A DNA stretch of 64,000 nt from Octopus vulgaris (GCA_951406725.2 OX597824.1:21762001-21826000), one strand, 5' to 3'. Shown: positions 12,907 to 26,965, numbered from the stretch's first letter. Translations and numbers: made by a program. The notes: generated by a model from the letters alone, not told the origin.

Positions 12907-14739
12907 TATACAGACATAGACACATATTTCATGCAAGCATGGAAAAGTGTATCTTAAAATTATAATGTTGATGTATATATATATAATATATTATTTACCT
13001 CTGTACTATTCTGACCAAATACACATGTGTTGAGGTGAACTGAAAATTTGATGTGTGTATATTTGTGAATATTTGTATGTACTCACATTTTACTCTTTTA
13101 CTTTTTTTCTCTTTTACTTGTTCCAGTCATGTGACTGTGGCCATGCTGGAGCACCGCCTTTAGTCGAGCAAATCGACCCTAGGACTTATCCTTTGTAAGC
13201 CTAGTACTTATTCTATTGGTCCCTTTTGCCGAACCGCTAAGTTACGGAGACGTAAACACACCAGCATCAGTTGTCAAGTGTTGTTGGGGGCACAAACACA
13301 AACACATGCATACATAAATACATACATATATATATATATATATACACACACATATACAATGGGCTTCTTTCTTCTTTAGTAGTTTCCGTCTACTAAATCC
13401 ACTCACAAGGCTTTGGTCGGCCCAAGGCTACAGAAGAAGACACTTGCGCAAGGTGCCACTTAGTGGGACTGAACCCAGAACCATGTGGCTGGTAAGCAAG
13501 CTACTTACCACACAGCCACTCCTTCGCATTTTGTGTGCACTTTTCTGTGGATATACTTTTTTACTTGTTTCAGTCATTTGACTGTGGCCATGCTGGAGCA
13601 CCGCCTTTAATCGAGCAACTCAACCCCGGGACCTATTCTTTTGGAAGCCCAGTACTTATTCTATTGGTCTCTTTTGCCAAACCGCTAAGTAACGGGGACA
13701 AAAACACACCAGCATCGGTTGTCATGCAATGCTAGGGGGACAAACACAGACACACAAACACATACATGCATATATATACATATATACGACAGGCTTCTTT
13801 CAGTTTCCGTCTACCAAATCCACTCACAAGGCTTTGATTGGCCCGAGGCTATAGTAGAAGACACTTGCCCAAGGTGCCATGCAGTGGGACTGAACCCGGG
13901 ACCATGTGGTTGGTAAACAAGCTACTTACCACAGAACCACTCCTGCGCCTGTATAAATATTTTCATTTACTTCACTCAGTATGTTTTGCTGATGAAGGAA
14001 AAGTTATCAAACTAATCCAGAGATTAATCAATACAATGTCTGAATTATGTTATGAATTTCCTGCTCAGTCTGCTTTCCCGCTTTCAACCTGTGTATATAT
14101 GTTGAGTGATCATCTGCAGTGGTTGGACATATTTGGCATCTATTTTCAGCATGTAGGCATGATTGCTTTTGAGCCCTTGAGTATAATTGTACCCTATACA
14201 ACTATATATCTCTATACTCTTTTACTTGTTTCAGTCATTTGACTGTGGCCATGCTGGGGCATTGCCTTTAGTCGAACAAATCAACCCCAAGACTTATTCT
14301 ATGTAAGTCTAGTACTTATTCTATCGGTCTCTTTTGCCGAACTGCTAAGTTACAGGGACGTAAACACACCAGCATCGGTTGTCAAGCGATGTTGTGGGGA
14401 CAAACACAGACACGCAAACACACATATATACATATTTTATCAAAAAGTTTTTTTTAGATGTTGGCCACTGATAAAATTCATTAATTTTAATGATTTTATC
14501 CTTTAATTATGTTTATACTAAACTATATATATATATCAGATGGATGTGCCACAACACCACTCCACATACACAAAAACAGCCACACCAACAATCACACCCC
14601 CATCATCAGCTGCCCCATGGATACCACCATGGTCTTGACACCCGGGTAGCACCACCCAATCCTGTGGTGCCAACAGCACCAAAACAAGTGTTGCTTGATA
14701 CATATATATGCACAAACATACGTGCAAGCATGCATCATC

Positions 14740-15280
14740 ATCATCATCATTGTTCGACCGTGGTCGAGACAATGGAATTTACTATGCTACGCCAGACTTC
14801 ACGGTCCATCATGACATTACGGAGGTCCTGTTGCTGGATGCCTGAATCCCTGGAGATTACATCAGGGTAGGAGTGTGTGCGCCCTCTGGTATTGCGAGTA
14901 GATGGCTTCCAGAGGAGAAGAGTAGAAATTACCTCTTTTTCAGCTCTACAACAATGTCCAGCAAACTGGACTCTCTTACCTTTCACAAGAAATGACACAG
15001 GTGGTAGTTTCCCATATATTTGCATTTTGGTTGGATGACGCTTCAACGAGAGATTTTGAGCTCTCATAAGGAGGCGAGTGTAGGTTCCATCCAACCGCCT
15101 CTTAAGCTTCTTAGATAACATCCAGGTTTCTGAGCCATATAGTAGAATTGGTTCGACTGTGGCTTTGAAGATTTCAAGTTTGAAGTCTCTACATAGATTT
15201 GATGGCCAGATCTTATGCATGTCATTACAGGCTGACCAGGCCATACCCTTTCTAGCTAGAAAGTCTTTTCCAGATGATGA
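14740..15280 (-). mobile_element. RTE/RTEX-type LINE 3' fragment
   Basis: ORF 14747-15244: AWSACNDMHKIW...ILLYGSETW...LDGTYTRLLMRA...FAGHCCR, with a (GAT)n tail. Confidence 0.9.
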
Positions 15281-15542
15281 TATGCATACATGTTTGAGTA
15301 TGTATATATGTGTGTGTGTGTGTGTGTTTGAATAGAATATATATATAAGAGATCAACACAAAAGTGTTCAATCTCACAAGAGTCTAGATTGCGAATCCTC
15401 TGTACCCCAGGATGGTTCAGCTCTCCACCCCATTAAAAGCTGCCGTTTACGGAATGAGGATAACAACGTAGCTTTCGCGCCCGTGCAACTGCCAGTCTAT
15501 CGCGTGTGGTGGTTGGATCTTCAAGTTGCCACACTCAACTTG

Positions 15543-15778
15543 GAAGAAGAAGAAGAAGGAGGAGGAGGAGGAGGAGGAGGAGGAGGAGAAGAAGGGGCAG
15601 GAGGAGGAGGAGAAGAAGGAGAAGAAGAAAGAGAAGGATGAGGAGGAGGAGAAGAAGAAGAAGAAGGAGGAGGAGAAAGAGAAGAAGAAGGAGGAGGAGG
15701 AGGAGGAGGAGGGGAAGAAGGAGAAGGAGAGGAAGAAAGAGAAGAAGAAAGAGAAGAAGAAGAAGAAGAAGAAGACGA
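15543..15778. repeat. GAA/GGA purine-rich microsatellite
   Basis: Read directly; a similar tract lies at 44609-45045. Confidence 0.95.
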
Positions 15779-16129
15779 TGACAACAGCTGTTTGCTGTAA
15801 TACTACAAATTAGTAATGCTCAGATATTGAATGAGCACATGTAGAATAGTTTTAGCCTTCTGTTTGCATATTAGACTGGCCAATCTGATGGCACTTTCTT
15901 ATGTTTTCGGGTGGCACAACCAGGTCAGAAATTTCTGGAAAGTTGAAATTCTTTTGACAAATGACTATTCAATTGATCTTTGTCAATCACTAGCTCTCAC
16001 TGACAAGATCAATGTTCTTACCTTCCCCAAATTCTGTATGGAATACAAAGGCTGATATATGACACCAACCGCACTGCTCAATCAAAAGGAAAGTATGAGT
16101 GTTTGACAACATTTCATAGGCACATACTC

Positions 16130-16177
<48 letters not shown>

Positions 16178-16224
16178 ATACCCCAATGTCACTTTGATAG
16201 TATGCACTGCTATGTCCCTCAATA

Positions 16225-16259
<35 letters not shown>

Positions 16260-16617
16260 AATGATGATGATGATGATGATGATGATACTATACCCCAATG
16301 TCACTTTGATGGTATGCACTGCTATCTCACTCAATAATGATGACGAAGATGATGATGATGATGATGATGATGATAATAATAACAGCAATGATAATGATAA
16401 TGATAATAATTTATCTAGGGAGAAATACCTCTGATATATTATGAATTATTTTCCTCAGTGAAACGAATGTGCAAGAAATGATTTTAAAAAGCAAAACGAC
16501 TTAAACTAACATAATGAAAAAGTTGATTGAGTAAATATGTTAAAAATATTTCTTGTATGACATTCATTTCTTAAATGTTAAGGAAAGTGAATTTAATTTA
16601 TATATGCATTACTATCT

Positions 16618-16668
<51 letters not shown>

Positions 16669-16722
16669 CACTTACTCACAGAAGTGATTATATATGATTT
16701 TACACCTAATTGTCTGTATGTA

Positions 16723-16780
<58 letters not shown>

Positions 16781-16945
16781 CACACACATATATATAAGCA
16801 TATATATGTATATGTATACATATGCATATGAATATATGCATGTATGTAAATATATACATATATATATTAATATGTAATATATGTAAATGTATGGTTAAAT
16901 AAATATACAAAGAGAGAAAGAGAGAGAGAGAGAGAGATAAATAGA

Positions 16946-16977
<32 letters not shown>

Positions 16978-17280
16978 TACACATAGGGACAGTTACATAT
17001 AAAATTATAGTATATATACTTGTTCTGTGTGAATATATGTAATTACATATGCAAAAAAAAATATAGGAACACATGTTTCTGTGAATACATATGTATACAC
17101 AAACACACACACACACACACACACTCTCAAATGAATTATATACAATCATACAATGTATAGAATCAACATCAATATTACACAGAGAGAATATGTACATACA
17201 TATATGTACATATATATATGTGTGTATATAATTATATCTACATATATGTTTGTATATGTGTGCGTTTGTGTATTTATAAA

Positions 17281-17331
<51 letters not shown>

Positions 17332-17338
17332 ATATATA

Positions 17339-17369
<31 letters not shown>

Positions 17370-17896
17370 GTGTGTGTATATATATATATGTGTGTGTGTG
17401 TATATATATATTTATATATACATATATATATTTCTATTCAAATTCCCAAATTGCTTTTCCTTCCATCTTGACGACATGTAGAGAACAGAATTCCTAATGA
17501 TGGTATCTGATGACTATACAAAGAGATAATTAGATGAAATATTTGTTATGTTTACACCATATAAATGGTAGCGGTGGCGACGATGGTAGCGGTGAAGACA
17601 ATGGTAGCGGTGGCGATGGTGGTGGAGGACGGGGTTGGCAAGAGTGTGTTGTTAATTACATAAAACAGTTGAGACATTCAATGGAAGTACAACGGCAGCG
17701 ATACATGACATCACAGCATGAGTTTAACCTGGTGTGTCGCAGTAGCTTCTTCACGTTTAAGATTATTATCAATTCAGAAATCAGAAACACAAGTTGTTGA
17801 GATGTGATGAAGGGTGATGCAGACTTATGACTGATTATACGAAGGGAGATTGGCGCTATGTGGGTATATAACGTAGGGGAGTCACAGCTCATGAGA

Positions 17897-17925
17897 TAAT
17901 GATGATGATGATGATGATGATGATA

Positions 17926-18000
<75 letters not shown>

Positions 18001-18034
18001 GTGGTGGTGATGGTGATGATGATGATGGTGATGG

Positions 18035-18069
<35 letters not shown>

Positions 18070-18178
18070 GTGATGATGATGCTACTGTTGATGGCCATGA
18101 TGGTGACAACGATGATGATAATGAAGACAATAATAACAATGATTATGATGATGATGATGATGATGATTGTGATGATGC
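17897..18178. repeat. (GAT)n microsatellite
   Basis: Read directly; similar tracts at 42721-42800 and 52950-53160. Confidence 0.97.
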
Positions 18179-18285
18179 CGTGAGCATGCAAGCCCATGAT
18201 CAATGATGTTTCCATCAAGGACCATCCTCCCTGTTATATATACAAATCTAAGACTACAATATTAAGTTCATTCATCTTATTTTAA

Positions 18286-18767
18286 CTCTTTAGTATTCAG
18301 ATTATTTTGTCAAATATAAAGCTTATGTATACTTGTATATATATATGTGTGTGTATATATATATATATATCACCATGATCACTGTGACTGACCAGGCTAT
18401 CAGATGTTGCTACACATTGCTGGTCACAATGTGCTTTGCATTGTTTTAGCCTTCAAATGACGCCACCCCACTGGCTAAGTGAGCAGGCCAACAGAAGAAA
18501 GAGAGAGAGAAAGTTGTGGTGAAAGAGTACAGCAGGGATCCCCCGCCCCCCTGCTGGAGCCTCGTGGAGCCTTTAGATGTTTTTGCTCAATAAACAATCA
18601 CAACTCCTGGTCTGGGAATCATAACTGCGATCGTATGACCGTGAGTCCACTGCCCTAACCACTGGGCCACTGCGCCTCCACACACACACACATACATATA
18701 TATGTATGTGTGTGTGTGTGTGTATATATATATATGTATATACATATACATATACGTATATACATAC

Positions 18768-18806
<39 letters not shown>

Positions 18807-19011
18807 ATTTTGTCAAATGTAAAGCTTATTTATTCACATTGTAGCTTTGAGATTCTGATACAATATGACTGCTAATTTACAGGATGACATTGTAGGGCAG
18901 GTGTAAGAGGCCAGATCTGGCCAGCTTGAACATAAAACAGGTGGAATATTATAGCAGGATATGGCCAGGTTAAATGTTGAATACTTTAGACAGTAAGGTA
19001 TAACTTAAGGG
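18286..19011. mobile_element. piggyBac-type MITE (degenerate) interrupted by a SINE
   Basis: TTAA-CTCTTTAGTATTC...AAGGG-TTAA ends; the body resembles 59190-59377. The internal insertion is flanked by a 23-bp duplication (18304-18326 / 18807-18829, 1 mismatch). Confidence 0.6.
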
Positions 19012-19699
19012 TTAATTCTGCTGTTAGTGTGGTGGGGTTTTCTTCAATAGTTTGTAATTCAGAGGTTGAAATCCATCGAAGGTATTTCATTGGCAGCGAG
19101 CTGGCAAAACGTTAGCACGCAGGGCGAAATGTGCAGCCGTATTTCGTCTGTCATTATGTTGTGAGTTCAAATTCCGCTGAGGTCAACTTTGCCTTTCATC
19201 CTTTCGGGGTCAATAAATTAAGTACCAGTTACGCACCGGGGTCGATGTAATCCACTTAATCTGTTTGTCTGTCCTTGTTTGTCCTCTCTGTGTTTAATCC
19301 CTTGTGGGTAGTAAAGAAATAGGTATTTCATTCTTTATCATAGTCTGATATTGCTCTTGTCCAAGTAAATAGCTATCAGAAATAGGTACTAAATTAATGT
19401 GATTTAGTCTCAGATTGCAGTCATATAATTAGTCATCTAATTGCTTGACAATTTCAATCCCTTAATCAGCTCATGACACGATTGGGTACTAGATGATTGC
19501 TGTTTGGTCTCATGGTGCCTAATAAACCAATTCCACTTGATGAGAGAAGAATGGTTTGGACCAATCTGGTTGCACAACCTTACAAATGCTACATCGAAAT
19601 GAGTGATGTCAAAATCAAATAATCATAGCTGTGCTAACAGGACTGGAACTGTTAATAGAGAGGGTGTTGTGCACAGCAGGGGCGGAGTATCTGATCAAG

Positions 19700-21240
19700 C
19701 TCTGGCAGGTCATCATCAAGCCATTGAACAAGTTCAGAATTGAAGTCAAATGGGCAAAAGGGGAAATGGGGAAAAGAGGTAAACAAAATAGGAATTGAAT
19801 GCTGGCTGAGAAGTGGGTCAAATAAAAGAAGTTTCAGGAAATGAATGTAGAGAATATGGGATGAAAAATGAGTTCTTGAAGCATCCACCCTGCGACTGGC
19901 AGGCCAGGTAACGTTAGCTGGCAGAAACATTAGCATGCTGGACGAAATGCTTAGCGGCGTTTCGTCTGCCATGACGTTGTGAGTTCAAATTCCGTCGAGG
20001 TCGACTTTACCTTTCATACGCACTGGGGTCGATGTAATTGACTTAATACCTATGTCTGTCTTTGTTTGCCCTCTCTGTGTTTAGCCCCTTGTGGGTAGTA
20101 AAGAAATAGGTAAGGACAATTTGTATGAACGACTGGATTACAAGATTAGAGGTTGAAGAAAACCAAAGAAGAATAAAAACTGAGAAGGGTGTTAAGAGCA
20201 CCACCCAAGCTTGATTGTTGCCAGAATGGCTATCTGGCCTCCATGCCAGTGGCACGTAAAAGACACCATTTGAGCGTGATCGTTACCAGCATCACCTTAC
20301 TGGTATTTGTGCCCCATACTAGTAGGGTGCTAAGAGCACCATCCGAGCATGATCATTGCCAGAGTGGCCAACTGGCTTCCGTGCCGGTGGCATGTAAAAG
20401 ACACCATTTGAGCGTGAGCGTTACCAGCATCGCTTTACTGGCACCTGTGCTGGTGGCATGTGTAAAAGATTCGAGCGAGGTCGTTGCCAGTACCGCCCGA
20501 CTGGCCCCATGCCGTTGGTACGTAAAAGCACCCACTACACTCTCGGAGTGGTTGGCGTTAGGAAGGGCATCCAGCTGTAGAAACTCTGCCAGATCAAGAT
20601 TGGAGCTTGGTGCAGCCATCTGGTTCTCCAGACCTCAGTCAAAATCGTCCAATCCATGCTAGCATGGAAAGCTGATGTTAAACGATGATGATGATGGTGA
20701 TGATGATGATGATGATGATGAATGATGATGATGAAAGAGAGATAAACAGCAGTAGCAGAAAGCGGTAATGAAGGAGTAAAAGATGAAGAATATAGAAAAA
20801 GAAGGAAATCATTGCATGCCTGAGGATGCTGAAGTAAATAGTGAGGATGATCTAGTTGGACAAGTGACAGTAAATGCTGCACAACACTTAAATAACAAAG
20901 AGAAGGAGACTCTAGAAATGCTGTGAGGCAAAATGTTTGATAGGAATAATGAAGTATCACAAAACGTAAGATATATAGACTAAGGGAAAATGTAAGGAGA
21001 GCCACAGGCAAAGCAAATGACGTTTTGAACTTGATTAGAACAGAAAAATATTAGTGAAACAAACCAGTTAATCATAGCTGCTGCCAATGCTATAGCTGAC
21101 ATAGGAGGAAACAATCGGAAAATTGAAGAAATGAAAGGAAATGAAAAGAAAGAGTCAAAGAGTACATGAAGAATTATCACAAAGGGTGATAGCGTTAAAG
21201 GCCAAACTGAAAAGATATGATGCTAGATGTGAAGGCTTTG
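19700..21240 (+). pseudogene. Decayed N-terminal ORF of an R4/Dong-like (RLE) non-LTR element, split by SINE and RTE-UTR insertions
   Basis: Broken translations RLAGQ|VRTICMNDWITRLEVEE, ETNQLIIAAANAIA and EELSQRVIALKAKLKRYDAR resemble R4/Dong N-terminal motifs as recalled; many stops and frameshifts. Confidence 0.45.
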
Positions 21241-21264
21241 AATAAAATAGACTGTTCCAATGAA

Positions 21265-21657
21265 ATTTGGATTGGAAGCACTCCGTCGTTTACGACGACG
21301 AGGGTTCCAGTTGATCCGAATCAACAGAACAGCCTGCTCGTGAAATTAACGTGTAAGTGGCTGAGCACTCCACAGACACGTGTACCCTTAACGTAGTTCT
21401 CGGGGATATTCAGCGTGACACAGAGAGTGACAAGGCTGGCTCTTTGAAATACAGGTACAACAGAAACAGGAAGTAAGAGTGAGAGAAAGTTGTGGTGAAA
21501 GAGTACAGCAGGGATCACCACCATCCCCTGCCGGAGCCTCGTGGAGCTTTTAGGTGTTTTCGCTCAATAAACACTCACAACGCCCGGGCTGGGAATCGAA
21601 ACCGCGATCCTATGACCGTGAGTCCGCTGCCCTAACCACTGGGCCATTGCGCATCCA
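21265..21657 (-). mobile_element. tRNA-derived SINE family C
   Basis: Head TGGA.GCGCAATGGCCCAGTGGTTAGGGCAGCGGACTC...GGTTTCGATTCCC. Related heads with variable bodies at about 2075-2380, 6340-6680, 8435-8685, 18372-18680, 24370-24615, 31965-32270 (-) and 37098-37410, 58850-59190 (+). Confidence 0.85.
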
Positions 21658-21744
21658 CTCCAATGAAATAGAAGGCATCTTTTTGAAGAAATAGAGAGGA
21701 GCCAACATCAGGAACTGATTCCTGATGCAGAAGAAAGTAAAATA

Positions 21745-22320
21745 CGGTAGAACCTCACAGTACGAATGCACTATTGGGTGGATAATTTGATGTATGAGCC
21801 GAGGCTCATGCGAGTTTTTGTCTTGAAGTACAAGTGGAAATCTGCAGTAAGAGTGAGTTTCATACAAATGACTGCTAGCTGGTGCTGAACTCACACATGC
21901 TCTCCTAACAAGCACAGCCTCTACTTGCTCAATTCATGTGTTTATGTCGTTGTGGCAGCCTTACTGTTGTGTTTTGCCCACTGTTTGTTTTTAGTTTTGT
22001 GCATTCTTTTGCCATTATTTTATAATAATTAGTTGTGTTAGCCACGGGTCCTAAGAAGGTTAGTGCAAAGGATAGTGCTGAGAAGAAAAAGTCGATTACG
22101 ATAGAATTCAAGAAGGAAATCATTGATAAACAAGAGAGAGGAGTGCGTGTAGTAGGCACAGCATGTCAATACGACCAAAGCACGTCAATGATCTGCACCA
22201 TCTTGAAGAAAAAGGATGAGATCAAGGCTGTTACAACAGCAAAGGGTGTCTCCAGGCTCTCCAAGTAATGCACATCTGTCCACAAAGAGATGGAAATATT
22301 GCTTCTGTGGAATCAGATGA
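21745..22320 (+). mobile_element. Tigger/pogo DNA transposon 5' fragment
   Basis: TA + CGGTAGAACCTC TIR-like start. ORF 22035-22268 GPKKVS...KKKSITIEFKKEIIDK.ERGVRV...STSMICTILKKKDEIK is a CENP-B/psq-type HTH of Tigger transposases. Confidence 0.8.
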
Positions 22321-22424
22321 GGAATATTTCCAGGTAATCGCTTATCTCCATCACTATTTGTATTGGCCATGATACTGCTCTAATTTTGATGTTTTATTTT
22401 GCATTTAGCTATATGTTTGTGAAA

Positions 22425-22850
22425 GTAGCACTCAGTGGGTCTGAGACATGGTGAACAACAGTTAAGTCAAAAAAGCAAATACAATCATTCATCAACAGAT
22501 GCTTGCATAGTATACCTAAAATTAGATGGCCCGAACACATAAGCAATATGGAGCTATGGCAAAGAACAAATCAAGTTTCGACTAGGGAGCAGATATTTAA
22601 GTGGAAGTGGATTAGTAGCACAATTAGAAAAGACACACCAAATGTAGAGAAAAGTGCTTTACAGTGGAATCCGGATGGATATAGAAGAAAGGTAGGCCTA
22701 AGAACTCGTAGCGGAGATCAACACAAAAGGAACGAGAGAAAGGGGGACATTCATGGCAGAGTATAGGTACAGAAGTGAAAAATTATGCGACATGGAATTC
22801 AATTATAAGTGGCCTATACTCCGCGTTGGAGGGTCAAAGGCAGGAAGAAA
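22425..22850 (+). mobile_element. RTE-1-type LINE 3' fragment
   Basis: GSETW...IQSFINRCL..I.KIRWPEHISNMELWQRTNQ...KWKWI...ALQWNPDGYRR. Confidence 0.85.
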
Positions 22851-24748
22851 GAAGAATGATATTGCTCAGTCTGATATTGCATAAAGTTGAAATAGCTTAT
22901 GATTTGAAAATAAGTCCCAGTTGAACACTGGGATCAATGTAATTGACTGAATCCTTCCTCGAAATTGCTGGCCTTGTGCCAAAATTTGAAACCAATACTG
23001 GCCTAATAAACCACCCCAGTAAAGGTAAAGCTGCTAATCTGTTCATCTTCAAAAATATGAAGGATGAACACGAAATGTGTGAAACAGCTTATGTGTATCT
23101 GTGTGTTTAACGAGTCATTCCTCTCACACAGGTGTCCGTCATCAGGTAGACATCTTTTTTATCCACAAAAGAGTCTGTCATTATCACATTATAATTTTTG
23201 ATAGCATCAGCCACAATTTTTCAGAGATGAACACGTTTTTTTTTTTTAATATTTACATCTCTGTAGATGTAAATATCAAAGAAAAATATTTCATCTCTTA
23301 AGATGACATTAATATTCTGAAAAATTATAATCTTATTAAAAAAGCAGCCCAGACATTCAGACATTTATTCCACCATTATGTTTGAGAATTTCAAAGAAAT
23401 CTTTCATTTTGTTTCTTTTTTTTTCCTTTTAAGTTACAAAACTTTCTTTTAACTAAAAAAAAAATCTTACCTGAGCTGTGAAGAGATATGACAGATATAC
23501 TGTGTCTTTGAGATTATTTTGTGTGAAAGTAATAAGCAAAAATACTGGGAGTGTAATGTTTAAAATATATATTGCTGTCATGGAGTGTCATTGTATCCCT
23601 GGGTGGGGTAACATGTACTTCTCTTCTATAGTAAAACACCAGTACTTGTCCTCAATCATACATTAACCTCTCAACACCTGACATGTGGTTGGTAAACAAG
23701 CTACTTACCACACAGCCACTCCTGCACCTTATATATATCTTTTTAATTTTTATTCTTATAATTTTATATTTTCTTCTCATTAGTATATATTTTTTCTGCA
23801 TTCGTATATATTTTTCATTTATATATATTTTTTGGCATAATTCACATTTAATTTTAATTAATTATGGCTTAAACTGCAGGATTCAATGAATTTATTTACA
23901 CATCTATATGTTTTGACATACTAGGAATTTATTTATACGTAAATTTATTTATACGTAAAAAGCACCCACTACACTCACGGAGTGGTTGGCGTTAGGAAGG
24001 GCATCCAGCTGTAGAAACTCTGTCAGATCTGACTGGGCCTGATGAAGCCTTCTGGCTTCACAGACTCCAGTTGAACCGTCCAACCCATGCTAGCATGGAA
24101 AACGGATGCTAAACGATGATGATGATGATGATGATGATGATCCGTATGGTTTGATATACCTTTAAGTTGAAATATATAATGATAGATAAAATTATAAACA
24201 GGGGATAGGTGGACCTGAAGATTGGGGTTGTATATAAGGGGAGGTTCTGTAAGAGATTGCGTGTCTCAAGAACATAGTATACAACCTCATGAAACACGTG
24301 TAGTCAACAACTTTGAACATGAATAGTAAGTATTAAATATGATATTCTAAGACATAAAAAAAATAGATGCGCCCTTTTAAACCTAGCCAGGCTCATGGGC
24401 CTGGTTTCCTGGTTTCTATGGCATATGTGTTCCCCAGCTGGACGGGATGCCAGTCCATTGCAGCGTTACTCATTTTTGCCAGCTGAGTGGACTGGAGCAA
24501 CGTGAAATGAAGTGTTTTGTTCAAGAACACAACGCGTTGCCTGGTCCAGGAATTGAAACCACAATCTTATGATCATGATGCTGACACCCTAACCACTAAG
24601 CCACATGCCTCCACATTCTAAGACATTGTTGAATTTATATTCTGATTTGATGAATTTTATGGGGATTTCTGTCTCTTATGATACTTTGATATATATATAT
24701 ATATATATATACACACACTTCTCTGATAACCTTCCCAGTAGATTAATA

Positions 24749-26132
24749 GGAAGGTTATCAGAGAAGGTGGTGTTAATATGTGGAAGATGCACAGGATCCA
24801 TAAAAACTACAGAGACTCTGGCAATTGATTCTCTCAAATGCCCTGTTAGCCTTATTAGAGTTAGTAGATAATTTCTGTTACCTAAGGGACCAAATTAGTA
24901 GTGGGGGAGGATGCACAGAGAGTGTGATAGCTAGAGAATAAGAATAGGAGAGAGGAAATTCAGAGAGCTGTTACCTCTGCTGATTACAAAAGGTTTCTGT
25001 GTCTGAGTGAAAAGAAGATTGTATGATGCATGTATACAGACAGCAATTCTACATGGCAGTGAGACATGGGCCCTGAATGCAGAGAACAAGCGAAGGTTAG
25101 AAAGGAATGAGGCTAGTATGCTCCACTGGATGTGTAATGTAAGTGTACATGTGTGACAGAGTGCTAGTTTTAAGTGCTAGTATTAAGAGGGAAGTTAGCT
25201 ATATAGGTGCAGGAGTGGCTGTGTGGTAAGTAGCTTGCTAACCAACCACATGGTTCCGGGTTCAGTCCCACTGCGTGGCATCTTGGGCAAGTGTCTTCTG
25301 CTATAGCTCCGGGCCGACCAATGCCTTGTGAGTGGATTTGGTAGATGGAAACTGAAAGAAGCCTGTCGTATATATGTATATGTATATATGTATGTGTGTG
25401 TGTGTTTGTGTGTCTGTGTTTGTCCCCCTAGCATTGCTTGACAACCGATGCTGGTGTGTTTACGTCCCCGTCACTTAGCGGTTTGGCAAAAGAGACCGAT
25501 AGAATAAGTACTAGGCTTACAAAGAATAAGTCCCGGGGTCGATTTGCTCGACTAAAGGTGGTGCTCCAGCATGGCTGCAGTCAAATGACTGAAACAAGTA
25601 AAAGAGTAAAAGAGTAAGAGAGGAATTAGATGCTGTATGCAAGAGAGAAGACTGTGCTAGTTTGGTCATGTGATGTGGATGGATCCTGACAACTCCATAA
25701 AGAAGTGCCAATCTCTCAAAGTAGATGGAACACATGGAAGTGGAAGACCCAGGGAGACATGAGCTGAAGTACTGAAGGATGACCTCGGGACGTTGAACCT
25801 TTCAGGCAAAATGACTTAAGATGAACATGCCTGGCACCTTGCTGTATGGAAGAAGACCCATGCACCATAGCAGAATAGCAGAAGTGTTAAGGCTGGTCCC
25901 CCTCATGAAGAGGATTGATCTGCAAAACTCCTGTGCTGGTGTCACATAAAAGCACTCGTGCAGAGCCACATAAAAGCACCCAACACACTCTGTAAAATGG
26001 TTGGCATTAGGAAGGGCACCCAGCTGTAGAAACCATGCCACATCAGACTAAAGCCTGGTGCAGCTCCCCAGCTTTGGTTGATCTGTCCAACCCATGCCAG
26101 CATGGACAACGGATGTTAAATGATGAGGATGA
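24749..26132 (+). mobile_element. RTE (BovB-like) LINE, 5'-truncated, interrupted by a family A SINE (25206-25616)
   Basis: Broken frame VDNFCYL.DQISSGGGC...FRELLPLL...RLYDACIQTAILHGSETW...RLERNEASMLHWMC...ERRLC.FGHV, then the 3' UTR with hairpin modules and a GAT tail. Confidence 0.85.
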
Positions 26133-26564
26133 TACATTAAAATACATAGATATATATATAGAGAGATAAATATGAATACATATAACTAAATACTTTCATT
26201 GTATCTATATACAGCTCTATGTATAGCTATGTGTGTCTATATGTGTATATGCACAGATGTATATTTATATATACCAAGCCCAATCATATTTATCTGCATC
26301 ACTATCTCTACACACATACACATACACATATGTGCATATATATTTATATATATATATATATACATGATGGGTTTCTACCTATACAGCTTTGGTTGACTAG
26401 GGGCTATTGTAGAACTTGCTGAAGGTGCTACACTGTGGGACTGAACCCAAAACTTCATGACTGAGAAGTGAACTTCTTAACCAAATAACAATCAGGCTTC
26501 TGGGTTTTGTAACTCAAAAAAAAAAAAAAGAAAGAAATCTTTACAAAAATAAAAAATAGTTTCG

Positions 26565-26965
26565 GTGTCTGTAACTTTGGCATCGAGAGTTACACAATAG
26601 AACTGGGCGTCACTGCATAGTGGCAAGGACTCCAAATTTGCCATCAAGATGCAGGACAAGATACTTCAATAGCCTGGGCTTCAGAGCTTCACAGCTCTTC
26701 AATATCCTCCTGAAGGACCTGAGAGACCTGCATGGGTGGATGTAGGTGTCTTCAAAATAAAGCTGGACCGCTTCCTGTCAGGTGTCCCAGATGAACCAAC
26801 TTCGCGGCAGGAGGTGCAGATGAGGGCAGCTGCATCAAACTCTCTCATGCACCAAATGTCAATTGCTAAAAAGCATTTATGAAGTAAAATCATGTAGCAA
26901 CAACAAATGGCTGTGTCCCAGCATGGCCACAGTTCATGAGCTGAAACTAGATGAAATAAAAAATA
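26565..26965 (+). mobile_element. CR1-group LINE 3' end (same family as 4290-5205)
   Basis: Reverse-complement match to 4300-4690, including the 3' stem-loop tail. Confidence 0.85.

Noticed and set aside
13985-14030. CTGATGA hammerhead-like start
   Set aside because: No convincing stem II closure or GAAA; too degenerate to call.
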